Part shown: positions 55,306 through 64,000 of the stretch, in pieces
Position numbering within the stretch: the first letter of the stretch is position 1
Layout: each line of letters opens with the position of its first letter
Origin: Alphaproteobacteria bacterium
Lineage (GTDB): Bacteria > Pseudomonadota > Alphaproteobacteria > Sphingomonadales > Sphingomonadaceae
Assembly: GCA_006226465.1 (NCBI GenBank)
Contig: SBHJ01000262.1
Span: forward strand, 6,092-70,091
Direction: 5' to 3'
Length of the DNA: 64,000 nt
Translations under genes and position numbers: made by a program
Notes under the pieces: model-generated
Databases searched by the model: none
What the model was told of the DNA's origin: nothing
Seen by the model: the letters and a program-made list of their open reading frames with translations, nothing else

Positions 55306-56877
55306 ATGCTCACCGAAGCGGACCTACCCGAGGACGTTGCCACGCTACGTGCGTTGGTCCTCGAGCAGTCCCGGATGCTTGCCGAGGTGCAGGTCGCCAA
55401 GGAGGCCCAGGTCGCTGAGCTGACCCTTGCCAAAGGTGAGGCCGATGCCGAGATCGAGCGGCTACAGGCGATTATCGACGCCTTCATGCGCCACCGGTTC
55501 GGCCCCCGTTCCGAGCAGCTCGATCCTGACCAGCTCCAGCTTGGCCTGGAGGATGTCGAGACGGCGCTAGGTCAAGCACGCGCGATCCGCGATGCGGTCT
55601 CGCAGCTCGCTCAAAGCCATGAGTCGCGCAAGACCAACCGCGGCTCGCTTCCCGTCCACCTCGAGCGGATCGAGCAGGTGGTCGATGTAGAGGACAAGGC
55701 CTGCCCCTGCTGTGGCGGCGCGCTGCATGTGATCGGCGAGGACGTCTCCGAACGCCTCGACGTCGTGCCAACCACATTCCGCGTCCTTGTGACGCGTCGT
55801 CCACGCTACGGCTGCCGTTCTTGCGAAGGGGCGGTCGTCCAGGCGCCGGCACCGGCCAGGATAGTCGAGGGCGGCATTCCGACTGAGGCGCTGATAGCTC
55901 AGGTTCTGGTATCGAAGTACGCCGACCATGTTCCTCTGTACCGGCAGGCGCAGATCTACGCCCGCCAAGACATCAAGCTCGACCGTTCCACCTTGGCGGA
56001 CTGGGTCGGCCGAGCAGCCTGGTACCTGAGACCCCTGCGGGATTGCACGCTCGAAGAACTACGAAGATCGCAGCGCCTCTTTGCCGACGAGACGACGGCG
56101 CCGGTGCTAGAACCCGGACGTGGGCGCACCAAGACCGGCCAGATCTGGGCCTATGCCCGCGATGATCGACCATGGGGTGGCAGCGATCCGCCGATGGTCG
56201 CCTACGTCTACGCCCCTGACCGCAAGGCCGAACGGCCCGACGCCCATCTCGGAGACTTCGCAGGCATCCTGCAGGTGGATGGCTATGGCGGGTATACGGC
56301 GCTTGCCAAGCGCCGCCAGCAGGTCCGCCTCGCTTTCTGTTGGTCGCACGTCCGGCGTAAATTCTTTGAGCTCGCGGCTAAATCGCCGGTTGCGACCGAA
56401 GTTCTGCGTCGCATCGCCATGCTCTATGCCGTCGAGGATGAGGTCCGGGGCACGTCGGCCGAGCAGCGCCGCGCCATGCGTGCTGAACATAGCCGTGTGG
56501 CGGTGGATGATCTGAAGCTCTATCTGGAAGCGCGGCTCCGGCAGGTGAGCGCCAAGAGCAAACTGGCCGATGCGATCCGCTATGCACTAAGCCGCTGGGA
56601 CGGGCTCTCTCGCTTCCTCGACGACGGCCGCGTCGATCTCGACACGAACATCGTCGAGCGGTCGATTAGGCCTCTTGCCCTAAATCGCAAGAACGCCCTC
56701 TTCGCCGGTTCAGACGAAGGCGGCGACAACTGGGCGGTAATCGCCACGCTCATCGAAAACTGCAAGCTGTCCGGCATCAACCCGCACGAATGGCTGACCC
56801 GAACTCTCGTCGCTCTAGCTAAGGGTCACCCGGCTAACCGCCTATCCGAGCTCATGCCCTGGACAGCCGTGCTCTGA
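55306..56877 (+). CDS. tnpC: IS66 DDE transposase TnpC
   Basis: FGPRSEQ, CPCCGG zinc finger, ADET, LQVDGY, CWSHVRRKF, DTNIVERSIR. Confidence 0.97.
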   Translation: MLTEADLPEDVATLRALVLEQSRMLAEVQVAKEAQVAELTLAKGEADAEIERLQAIIDAFMRHRFGPRSEQLDPDQLQLGLEDVETALGQARAIRDAVSQLAQSHESRKTNRGSLPVHLERIEQVVDVEDKACPCCGGALHVIGEDVSERLDVVPTTFRVLVTRRPRYGCRSCEGAVVQAPAPARIVEGGIPTEALIAQVLVSKYADHVPLYRQAQIYARQDIKLDRSTLADWVGRAAWYLRPLRDCTLEELRRSQRLFADETTAPVLEPGRGRTKTGQIWAYARDDRPWGGSDPPMVAYVYAPDRKAERPDAHLGDFAGILQVDGYGGYTALAKRRQQVRLAFCWSHVRRKFFELAAKSPVATEVLRRIAMLYAVEDEVRGTSAEQRRAMRAEHSRVAVDDLKLYLEARLRQVSAKSKLADAIRYALSRWDGLSRFLDDGRVDLDTNIVERSIRPLALNRKNALFAGSDEGGDNWAVIATLIENCKLSGINPHEWLTRTLVALAKGHPANRLSELMPWTAVL

Positions 56878-56890
56878 GAACATCGCTTAC

Positions 56891-57291
56891 CGGAATGCCT
56901 TCGTGTAATGACTTTGATCGGAGAAGCCGCATTCGGTGGCGATCTGTGCCAACGTCAGCTTTTGATCATGCAGAAGGGAGGCAGAGCGGGTGATACGCTG
57001 GCGCAGATGCCAGCCATAGGGAGGAATACCGACAGTATTCTTGAATGCCTTCGTAAAATACGCTGTCGACATTCCCAACCCCTGAGCGATTTGCGCAACC
57101 TCAAGAACACTGGCCACCTGTTCAAACATCAGTTCCTGCGCCCGTTTCAGCTGCCAGGGAGCTAGCTTCATCCCCTTGTGGCTTCGACGGCTTTGAACCG
57201 CATGGCTCGATGCCGGAGCCGCTGGTTGGCAATCAGCATTGTCGGTCAAATCTCTATCGCCTGTCGGCAAAGCGCCATGGACCATCAGCAT
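56891..57291 (-). pseudogene. 5' part of an AraC-family regulator truncated by IS66
   Basis: LAPWQLKRAQE, FTKAFKNTVGIPP, IATECGFSDQSHYTKAF; ends at the target duplication. Confidence 0.88.
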
Positions 57292-57711
57292 CTCCTGTGA
57301 AAAAGGATGGACGGGAATTCGGCAACTCGATCAGCGCCCGGAGCGCGATATCCCCTCCTTGCCAGCAGCAACCGTCACGGCGATTCCGCGCAACCCGTGC
57401 GCCGGCCTCTATTCAATAGACACGTTGAAGGGCCAAACTTGGCAAAGCGAATTTCGGCTTTGCGATCGTCTGAAGGATCCGATGCACATAACGATCCGAC
57501 GGCGTGAATATTTGCCGCGCGCAGGGTCGGTAAACTGACTGATTGATGACGCCTGGCACTATCCATTCCGCTGTTGCGGGTGCCGCGGCAGCAGCGGACA
57601 CCCCAGGTCACCGCCCGGATCATTGCCAACCACCTTGCGCTGTCACCTTGCAGGTATGATCTGGAATAGCGCCCATGGCGGGCCATTCGACTGAAGTGGG
57701 CCTCAGGTTGC

Positions 57712-58188
57712 TTACATCTCCGGGATGGTAAGGATCGGCACGCCGATGAGCGGCCCAGTGGCGTTTTCGCGACGCCGGCGGCGCCACTGTGTCGGTGTTG
57801 TCCCCATAGCGTTCGAAAAGGACGTGGTGAAATGGCTTTGGCAGGAATAGCCGCACGCGGTCGCAATCTCCGCCATAGAGGTGCGGGTTTCGGCAAGTAG
57901 ATGGAGGGCATGAGCAAGCCTGGCGTTCATGAACCAACGATAGGGCGCGATGCCGACGGAGTTCCGGAAGCCCTTGGAAAAATGCGTCACGGAAATATCG
58001 AGGTTCGCCGCAATGTCGGCGATGCGCAATCCGGTAGCGAGCTGCCGCGCCATGCCCTTCTTGGCAAGTTTGACCTGCCAAGGCGCGAGACGCGCGGCGC
58101 TGCTGGGGATCGCCGCCGCGACATTGGAAGCCGAAAGCGCATCGAGGTCGATGCCTATCTCGTCCATCGTCATCTCCTTTAGATGCAA
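57712..58188 (-). CDS. AraC-family regulator, DNA-binding domain only
   Basis: LAPWQVKLAK, HFSKGFRNSVGIAPY, IATACGYSCQSHFT..F..AMGTTP.QWRR. Confidence 0.9.
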   Translation of the reverse strand: MHLKEMTMDEIGIDLDALSASNVAAAIPSSAARLAPWQVKLAKKGMARQLATGLRIADIAANLDISVTHFSKGFRNSVGIAPYRWFMNARLAHALHLLAETRTSMAEIATACGYSCQSHFTTSFSNAMGTTPTQWRRRRRENATGPLIGVPILTIPEM

Positions 58189-58621
58189 TGGGCGGCCGCT
58201 CTCCAGTACAGGCCCGCGCGGTCGGTCAAACCCGACTTCTTCGTCAAATCCGGCGGGCGCAGACCTTTGGAGGCTTCATTCCGCACATGCTTCTAATTTA
58301 GAGACACTTCAGCGCGGCGAACTGGCAATCTTAGAATCGGATTTTATAATTATCCTGATATTTTAGCAGGTTGCGACGCACTCCCGCCAACCCGCTGGAA
58401 TCGCCGCTTCTAGGGGAATCGCGCAACGGTTTCGACAATGGTGCACGATGAGGGATGAAAAAATCCGCAATCCTCAGTGATTGTTGAAAAGCGGACATGG
58501 CCTCGCCCCCGTGATACTCCCGGCATGCCCAGATGTAACTGAGCGCCGATGCATCGGACACGCCCTGCTTAGAGCAAGGTGTATCAGATGCATGGTTAGC
58601 AAAGCTGATCGGGCTTCAAAT

Positions 58622-59269
58622 CTATGATGCCTGAGGGACCAGCGCCTGTTTCCCGAGTTTGACGCTGCAACGACCATAATAGAGATTCTTGAGATCGAAG
58701 GTGACCGCGTCGTTGGCGCTCGTCAGAAACATGGTCGCCGAGGACTGGCTTGGATCGACGCCATCGATGATGACCAGCTTCACCGCGATATTGCTGATGG
58801 GCTTGGTCATTTCGACACGCTGCGGCCAGAAATCGACGACACGATCAAAGGCGTGAGCCTCTGCATCACGCGCGATTCCGTCAGGATCGGCGACGATCCT
58901 GGTCTGAGGATTAACCGGTTCTGGCCGCTCGGTCGCCTCAGGCGGCGGTGTGGTGCGAACCGGCGTTTCGGGCAGGAAAAGGCTGAACTTGTGGCGGCTG
59001 GAATAGGTATATTCCGATGGATCCTGCTCTCGCTGTGTGTCGAAATTCGAAATCCGTCCGAGCGTGCAGTCGAGCAAACGCGCCGGGATTATCTTGGCAC
59101 CTTGGGAGGCGGTTCCCGCCGATGCAGCGCCCTGCGCTTCAACGGGTCGGGCATCAGGTGCCGACTGAAATGCGTATAGGGACAGCCCGAGAGCCGACAC
59201 CGCCGCGATCGCGCCCAACTTGAAGATCATTTTTCTGCTCCCAGGATCAGTCATGACGGAATGGGCCAC
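58622..59269 (-). CDS. Hypothetical exported protein
   Basis: N-terminal hydrophobic segment; Cys near each end of the globular part (LDC...GRC). Confidence 0.65.
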   Translation of the reverse strand: MAHSVMTDPGSRKMIFKLGAIAAVSALGLSLYAFQSAPDARPVEAQGAASAGTASQGAKIIPARLLDCTLGRISNFDTQREQDPSEYTYSSRHKFSLFLPETPVRTTPPPEATERPEPVNPQTRIVADPDGIARDAEAHAFDRVVDFWPQRVEMTKPISNIAVKLVIIDGVDPSQSSATMFLTSANDAVTFDLKNLYYGRCSVKLGKQALVPQAS

Positions 59270-59551
59270 CGCAAGCAGCCATAATGGAGATAATTTTATG
59301 CCAGGATTCTACAAATTTCATCATTCTGTCGTCGATTACATCACGATTCCATGAAATAGTGGTCGAGACATATCGCAATTCACTCTTTCAATTAGATGAC
59401 AGATTCAAAATAAACTGCATTTTTTGTAACTATTACTATATAAATTGCCGCAAATGGCAATGTATATTATAAATACATCTACAGAAAATCGAATCACAAA
59501 ATCTCGAATAGACGCGGACTTCTTTGAGGAGGCGTGTTGCACTAGGGTTGA

Positions 59552-60307
59552 TTGACTATGCAGGATGGATATGCCGTACCCCGCGAAACCATCCGGATCG
59601 CCCTTCCCAGTTTCCGAGCGGCTGGTGGTCGGCATCGAGTTTCGAGCGCAATCGCAAAGTCGAGCAGAACCATCGGCGCTTTCGCTGCCGGGGTCGCGCT
59701 TGCCAGCACTATTCCAGCCCATGCCCAGCTTCCCGTTCCGCCAGCCATGGAGGACTATCCGCGGGCATTGGAATGCCTGACGCTCGCTGTTGCCTATGAA
59801 GCCGGCTATGAGAGCCTGGAAGGGAAGCAGGCCGTCGCGGAGGTTGTGCTCAACCGGCTGAGAAGCGGATCGTTCCAGGGCACCGTCTGCGACGTGGTTT
59901 TCGAGGGATCAACCCGGCGCACGGGCTGCCAGTTCAGCTTTACATGCGACGGCTCGCTCAGGCGCAGGCTGCCGGAGCGCGTGATGATTGAAGCCAGAAT
60001 GGTCGCAGAGGACGCGCTTGCAAACCGCATTCCCGCGCGCGCTCCAGGCGCGACACATTATCATGCGAACTATGTCAGTCCCTATTGGGCGCCGAGCCTC
60101 ACCCGCATAACTCAGATCGGGGCGCACATCTTCTACCATACACCTGGAAAACCCGCCCCCTACGGTCCGGTCAATTTTGCGGGCACGCCCATTTCGGCGA
60201 GCTCCTATCGCAGTTCGTCCACAAACACACAGACATTGAAGGCGGCGCCCGCCAATTTCGCTCCGTGGGGACTCGGTCTGGATGCAATGGCAGCCCAGGA
60301 GCCGTAA
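59552..60307 (+). CDS. SleB-like cell wall hydrolase (Hydrolase_2)
   Basis: ECLTLAVAYEA..E, AVAEVVLNR, CQFSFTCDG, ATHYHA.YV.P.W, IGAHIFY. Start uncertain. Confidence 0.92.
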   Translation: MTMQDGYAVPRETIRIALPSFRAAGGRHRVSSAIAKSSRTIGAFAAGVALASTIPAHAQLPVPPAMEDYPRALECLTLAVAYEAGYESLEGKQAVAEVVLNRLRSGSFQGTVCDVVFEGSTRRTGCQFSFTCDGSLRRRLPERVMIEARMVAEDALANRIPARAPGATHYHANYVSPYWAPSLTRITQIGAHIFYHTPGKPAPYGPVNFAGTPISASSYRSSSTNTQTLKAAPANFAPWGLGLDAMAAQEP

Positions 60308-60480
60308 ATCAGCGATCAGGCAGGAAGCAGGACAAGCTCGGTGTGAATAGTTTCGATAATCGGCGCGTTTCAAACCGAGACCAAAATTCCACGAGCGCCG
60401 CGATCTCGGCATGTACATCGTTGGCAAGTTCGACTGCCGCAGATGTCGGACTGATTTGCGATTTCCGAACCTGAACCTCG

Positions 60481-61014
60481 CTAGCTGGCGGGTCCTGATC
60501 GCAATGCGCCTACCGCCTTGCGCGCGACTTTCATCGGCAAGGAGAGTCGAGTCGTTCCTTGCCCAAGCGGCGTGAACCCATAACGGTCGTAGAAGGCCCC
60601 GGCATTCTTGTCGATCGGGTCGACGACAATCATGCGCGCAGCTGCCTCAATCGAACAGAGACGCGTCAGCGCGTCGATCAGCAACAGTTCGCCCAACCCC
60701 TTGCCCTTCATCGTGACGTCACGCGCGAGCCGGCCTATGAGAAAGGCCGGAATCCGATCATAACCCGGCAAGCCTTTCTTCTGTTCAGGCAATAGTTCGT
60801 TTTCCAGCACCGCATGTGCCGAGATGGTATAATAGCCTACAACTTTGGCGGAATCCGGCGCTACCGCCACGAAGCAGGCAGCAATGTCACCGCGCTCGTT
60901 CTGGCCAGCGAATTTCAACAGATAGTCGGTGAGCGATGGTTGTTCACAGACGAACCCGCTTCGGTCATGCGCCGCAGACAACCGTTCGAACCGGACCTCA
61001 ATCTCACCCTTCAC
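60481..61014 (-). CDS. GNAT acetyltransferase toxin (TacT/AtaT-like)
   Basis: HDRSGFVC, VVGYYTIS, IPAFLIGRLA, GKGLGELLL.DA, FYDRYGF. Confidence 0.9.
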   Translation of the reverse strand: MKGEIEVRFERLSAAHDRSGFVCEQPSLTDYLLKFAGQNERGDIAACFVAVAPDSAKVVGYYTISAHAVLENELLPEQKKGLPGYDRIPAFLIGRLARDVTMKGKGLGELLLIDALTRLCSIEAAARMIVVDPIDKNAGAFYDRYGFTPLGQGTTRLSLPMKVARKAVGALRSGPAS

Positions 61015-61301
61015 ACATGACCTGTAATTGCGCGATGCCGCGTTGCGGCAGCCTTCAGTGCCTGGTTGGGTTCCGCCTCGGTATCGAGCGCGCGTATCAG
61101 CGCCGCGAAATCATCTCGATTGAGTCGTGTCACCTCGGCGTCGTCGATCGCACGCTGCGCGGCATCCTGCACCGCAGCGGTGACGAACGCTGCCAGGGTT
61201 TGCCCGCGCAACGCTGCCGCATGGCTTACCCGGCTGTGCAGCGAGGGCGGCACTCGCACCTCAAGTCTTTCCGAACGGCGCTCCTGAACCCCGGCGACCA
61301 T
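61011..61301 (-). CDS. DUF1778 RHH antitoxin (TacA/AtaR-like)
   Basis: RSERLEVRV, AAALRGQTLAAFV, PNQALKAA; overlaps the GNAT start. Confidence 0.9.
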   Translation of the reverse strand: MVAGVQERRSERLEVRVPPSLHSRVSHAAALRGQTLAAFVTAAVQDAAQRAIDDAEVTRLNRDDFAALIRALDTEAEPNQALKAAATRHRAITGHV

Positions 61302-61323
61302 AACAATACTCCTTCGCCACCCA

Positions 61324-61343
61324 TGTACGGCAATATACCGACA
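61324..61343. promoter_or_regulatory. Probable RHH operator TGTACGG-N7-CCG-ACA upstream of the antitoxin
   Basis: Imperfect inverted repeat about 20 bp upstream of the DUF1778 start, resembling GNAT-TA operators. Confidence 0.55.
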
Positions 61344-61466
61344 AATTCAAGACCCACACCGGTGTCTTATCGGAACCTGCTGTCAGTGTTGGAGGTTCCC
61401 GAGCTGTTGGGAGTCTTGAGTGTTATACCGAGCCCCATGAGCCGCAGTTCATCGGCATAACTCCTG

Positions 61467-61712
61467 TCATTGCAGCGATATGGCTTCGGCCTTCATTGCT
61501 TCCAAAGCATTAGTGATCGTCTGCGACGGCAGAATGAATTTCAGCGACGTTCCGTCCAGCAATGGCATTGCGCCGAAACGCCCATACCAGCGGGCGGCGG
61601 CGGTTTCCCTTGCGTCGATCACCAGGGCGAGGCCACCAATCTGCGCTGTAATCGTGACTATCAAAGGAGTGGGCAACAGCAAAACGTCCAAGGCGAAAGA
61701 CTGGAACCTCAT
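61467..61712 (-). pseudogene. C-terminal fragment of a second GNAT toxin
   Basis: IGGLALVIDARETAAARWYGRFGAMPL..L.FILP..TI only; N-terminal two-thirds missing. Confidence 0.65.
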
Positions 61713-61932
61713 AGCGCCCCAGCTTGCGGGTTAGCGCAGCGGGAACGCAAGCGAATTCCCAAGACGCGGGGCTCCGGTGCAGACGTAGAAACGGGTACGA
61801 AAGTCTTGGAACTGGGAGTTTCTGTTGCGGTCGGTATAACCTATTCCGACATTTGCTAAGCCAAACTTAGCCTTATCGAGAATGCGTAAACCAGCGCAGA
61901 CCGTGTCGAGGGTGTCTCTACGTGCCTTTCGT

Positions 61933-62778
61933 TCAGTTCGATGCCCTGATCAAATATGGCCGTTCAGGTCGGTCTGTTATCTCCACGACGACCCTGCGCA
62001 CAGCCCGCGCACCATCTGGCAATCTCGCTTCGACAATGATCGTGAGCGGCCTGCCGATAACATCGGTGGCGTCGGTAAACGCCAGAGCGGTGCGCTGCCC
62101 GGCGCGCTCGCGGGCACGATCGATGGCGACGGGGCTCCCCACCTGCCCTCCTGCCTCCATGACGGCGATCGCGCGCGGATCGGCAAATTTTGTATCGAAC
62201 GCCGCCCTCGCGGTGTAGGCGGTCGCTATCGGGCGGATGAGTTCCACGAGCCGGGTATCGAAACCGCGGATGCTGCCGAGCTCTTCGATCGATGCAAGGA
62301 ACCCGTTCGCGGGACGAATTCCCGCCCGTTCATAATAGGCGCTCTCCGCGCCGAACGGGCGAACCTCATCGTCGCCGTCGGTCCAGTCGAGCAGCGAATC
62401 TCGCGCGATCAGCAGCCTGTCTCCTTCAAGACCGACCTCTTCCAGGAGGCGCGTCGCCATCGCCTCGTCAAGCTGGCCGATAGGCACCTTTCCGCGCTCG
62501 TCTTCGATTCTTACCCGAATGCGGGCGTCGTTGAAGGTGAATCGTTGCTCACGACCGTCAATGGGCCAGCGCTGCGTAATATCAGTGGCCATGAGACTGC
62601 TGAGCGCGCGCGCCACGCCGGCGTCCGCCGCGGCACCAGCCTGAAGCTGATCATGTTCGGCAGCAACTTCATCGATCCCCATCCGTGTCGCCGTCAGAAC
62701 AGTCAACGCCATGGCTGCAAAAACAGCGATGCTGGCGACTGCTGCGACCAGCGCATAGCCTTCCTCCCCCTTGTTCAC
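61933..62778 (-). CDS. gspK: Type II secretion minor pseudopilin GspK
   Basis: Prepilin site EEG/YALVAAV, DERGK, LLDWTDGDD, GAE..YY, SIEELG.IRG. Confidence 0.88.
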   Translation of the reverse strand: MNKGEEGYALVAAVASIAVFAAMALTVLTATRMGIDEVAAEHDQLQAGAAADAGVARALSSLMATDITQRWPIDGREQRFTFNDARIRVRIEDERGKVPIGQLDEAMATRLLEEVGLEGDRLLIARDSLLDWTDGDDEVRPFGAESAYYERAGIRPANGFLASIEELGSIRGFDTRLVELIRPIATAYTARAAFDTKFADPRAIAVMEAGGQVGSPVAIDRARERAGQRTALAFTDATDVIGRPLTIIVEARLPDGARAVRRVVVEITDRPERPYLIRASN

Positions 62779-64000
62779 GGGATGGTGCCATGAGTCCGGA
62801 AGGGTTCCAGTGTCCGAAGCTTCATGCGCAGTTCCTCGGTGACCGCACGCCCGTCGTCCGGCGTCCGAATGACCTGGGGCTTCAGCAGCACGATAAGCTC
62901 CGTCCGGTTCTGGCGGTTGTCATGGCTGCCGAACAGACCACCTATGACAGGAATCCGCGAAAGGATCGGGATGCCGTTTTTGCCCGATGTCTGCGAATCC
63001 CGAAAGAGGCCACCGAGTGCGATGACCTGCCCGTCTTGCACCGCGACGGTGGTCGATATCCGCCGAGTGGAGATCGTCGGCGTCGCGATCGCGGCACCAG
63101 CACTCGCCACCGCACTGCTGACATTGACGTCGCTCACCTCCTGCGAGACGTCGAGAAGCACCGTGCCGCTCCCGTTGACCCGAGGCGTTACGCGCAGGAT
63201 GACGCCGGTATCGCGGTACTCGATCGCGTTGACGATGGGCGCGTCTGGATTGGTGACGCTGACAGCATTGCCCGAAGAGACGGGAACCTGATCGCCAACC
63301 TGAAGCGCCGCCGTCTGGTTGTTGAGCGTGACAAGCTTGGGCGCTGACACGACCCGAACATTGGTGCGTTGCTCGAGTGCGTTGAGCGCGGCGTTTATGC
63401 TGGTTCCGGCAAGATAGTAGCTGAAGCCGGACTGGGTGGGACCGGTGGGCATCTCCGCGCCATCGGTGACGCGGAAGTTGCTGTCGCCGGTCAGCCAGTT
63501 CCACTGCACACCGTAGCGCAAGGTGTCGGTCAAGGAGACCTCGGTGATCGCCGCTTCGATCATGACCTGCAGCGGCGCGATGTCGAGCTTGCGCAAGGCA
63601 TCTTCGATTATCGCATATTCGCGCGGCGTCCCATGCACGACGATTGCATTGTTGATCTCGTCGGCTGTGATTTTCCCGCCGCTGCCGTTCGACGAAGATT
63701 GTTGGCGCTCCGCGTCCGATACACCGTCGCGGGATCCGCTCCGATTGCCGGACGAACCCTCGGTGCCAGCGGGGCGAGGCGTCTGCGAGGACGAACTGCC
63801 CGAGGAGCGCGCTCGTCCGTCATCGGTTCCACCAAATGGCTCGGAGAGATCGTCGCTATCTCCGCTGCTGTTGCCATAGGCCTGGTTGAGGGTGCGCGCG
63901 AGATCGCGAGCACGGCCATTCTGGACATGATAGACGAAGATGCGTTTCTCGGCATTCTCGCCTTCGCGATCCAGGATTTCGACCCAGCGGCGGACGTCTT
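62775..64000 (-). CDS. gspD: Type II secretion secretin GspD (5' end outside window)
   Basis: Frame open to the edge; FVYHVQNG.A.DLA, LDIAPLQVMIEAAI.EV, SAPKL.TLNNQTA.LQVG, IPILSRIPVIG.LF, RTELIV. Confidence 0.94.
   Translation of the reverse strand, partial: DVRRWVEILDREGENAEKRIFVYHVQNGRARDLARTLNQAYGNSSGDSDDLSEPFGGTDDGRARSSGSSSSQTPRPAGTEGSSGNRSGSRDGVSDAERQQSSSNGSGGKITADEINNAIVVHGTPREYAIIEDALRKLDIAPLQVMIEAAITEVSLTDTLRYGVQWNWLTGDSNFRVTDGAEMPTGPTQSGFSYYLAGTSINAALNALEQRTNVRVVSAPKLVTLNNQTAALQVGDQVPVSSGNAVSVTNPDAPIVNAIEYRDTGVILRVTPRVNGSGTVLLDVSQEVSDVNVSSAVASAGAAIATPTISTRRISTTVAVQDGQVIALGGLFRDSQTSGKNGIPILSRIPVIGGLFGSHDNRQNRTELIVLLKPQVIRTPDDGRAVTEELRMKLRTLEPFRTHGTIP

Larger units (their letters stand above)
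54380..56890 (+). mobile_element. IS66-family insertion sequence (2511 bp) with 8-bp target duplication CGGAATGC
   Basis: Ends GTAAGCGA...TCGCTTAC; CGGAATGC at 54372-54379 and 56891-56898; tnpA-tnpB-tnpC intact. Confidence 0.97.

Noticed and set aside
61882-63347. Plus-strand ORFs of 303 aa and 220 aa
   Set aside because: Antisense shadows of gspK and gspD.
1-64000. CRISPR array, tRNA/rRNA, integron attC array, integrase, relaxase or rep gene
   Set aside because: None recognised by eye, so plasmid versus ICE cannot be decided from this window.

Overview
GC-rich alphaproteobacterial mobile DNA. A Sphingomonadaceae plasmid or ICE is inferred from protein style and gene content, not proven. 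1-18.2 kb: F-type conjugative T4SS operon (traB-traV-traC, three small membrane ORFs, traW-traU-orf, split traN, trbC, S26 peptidase, traF, thioredoxin-like, traH, traG), followed by a convergent entry-exclusion candidate. 18.7-23.7 kb: RES/Xre and VapBC toxin-antitoxin pairs plus an uncharacterised small hydrophobic-hairpin protein/HExxH metallopeptidase pair. The VapBC and peptidase pairs lie between two ~225-bp degenerate direct repeats. 23.7-53 kb: a LuxR solo and a large ABC-transporter-dependent, Kdo-primed capsule locus with its own Kdo (kpsF, kdsB, kdsA) and GDP-mannose genes, four GT4 glycosyltransferases, six methyltransferase domains, SapC, OmpH and DUF1796. 53.7-64 kb: an intact IS66 (8-bp target duplication) splitting an AraC gene, a second AraC, a SleB-like hydrolase, a GNAT/DUF1778 TA pair and the end of a type II secretion cluster (gspD, gspK). 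No rRNA, tRNA or CRISPR array was seen. All calls come from motif recognition by eye; no database searches were run.
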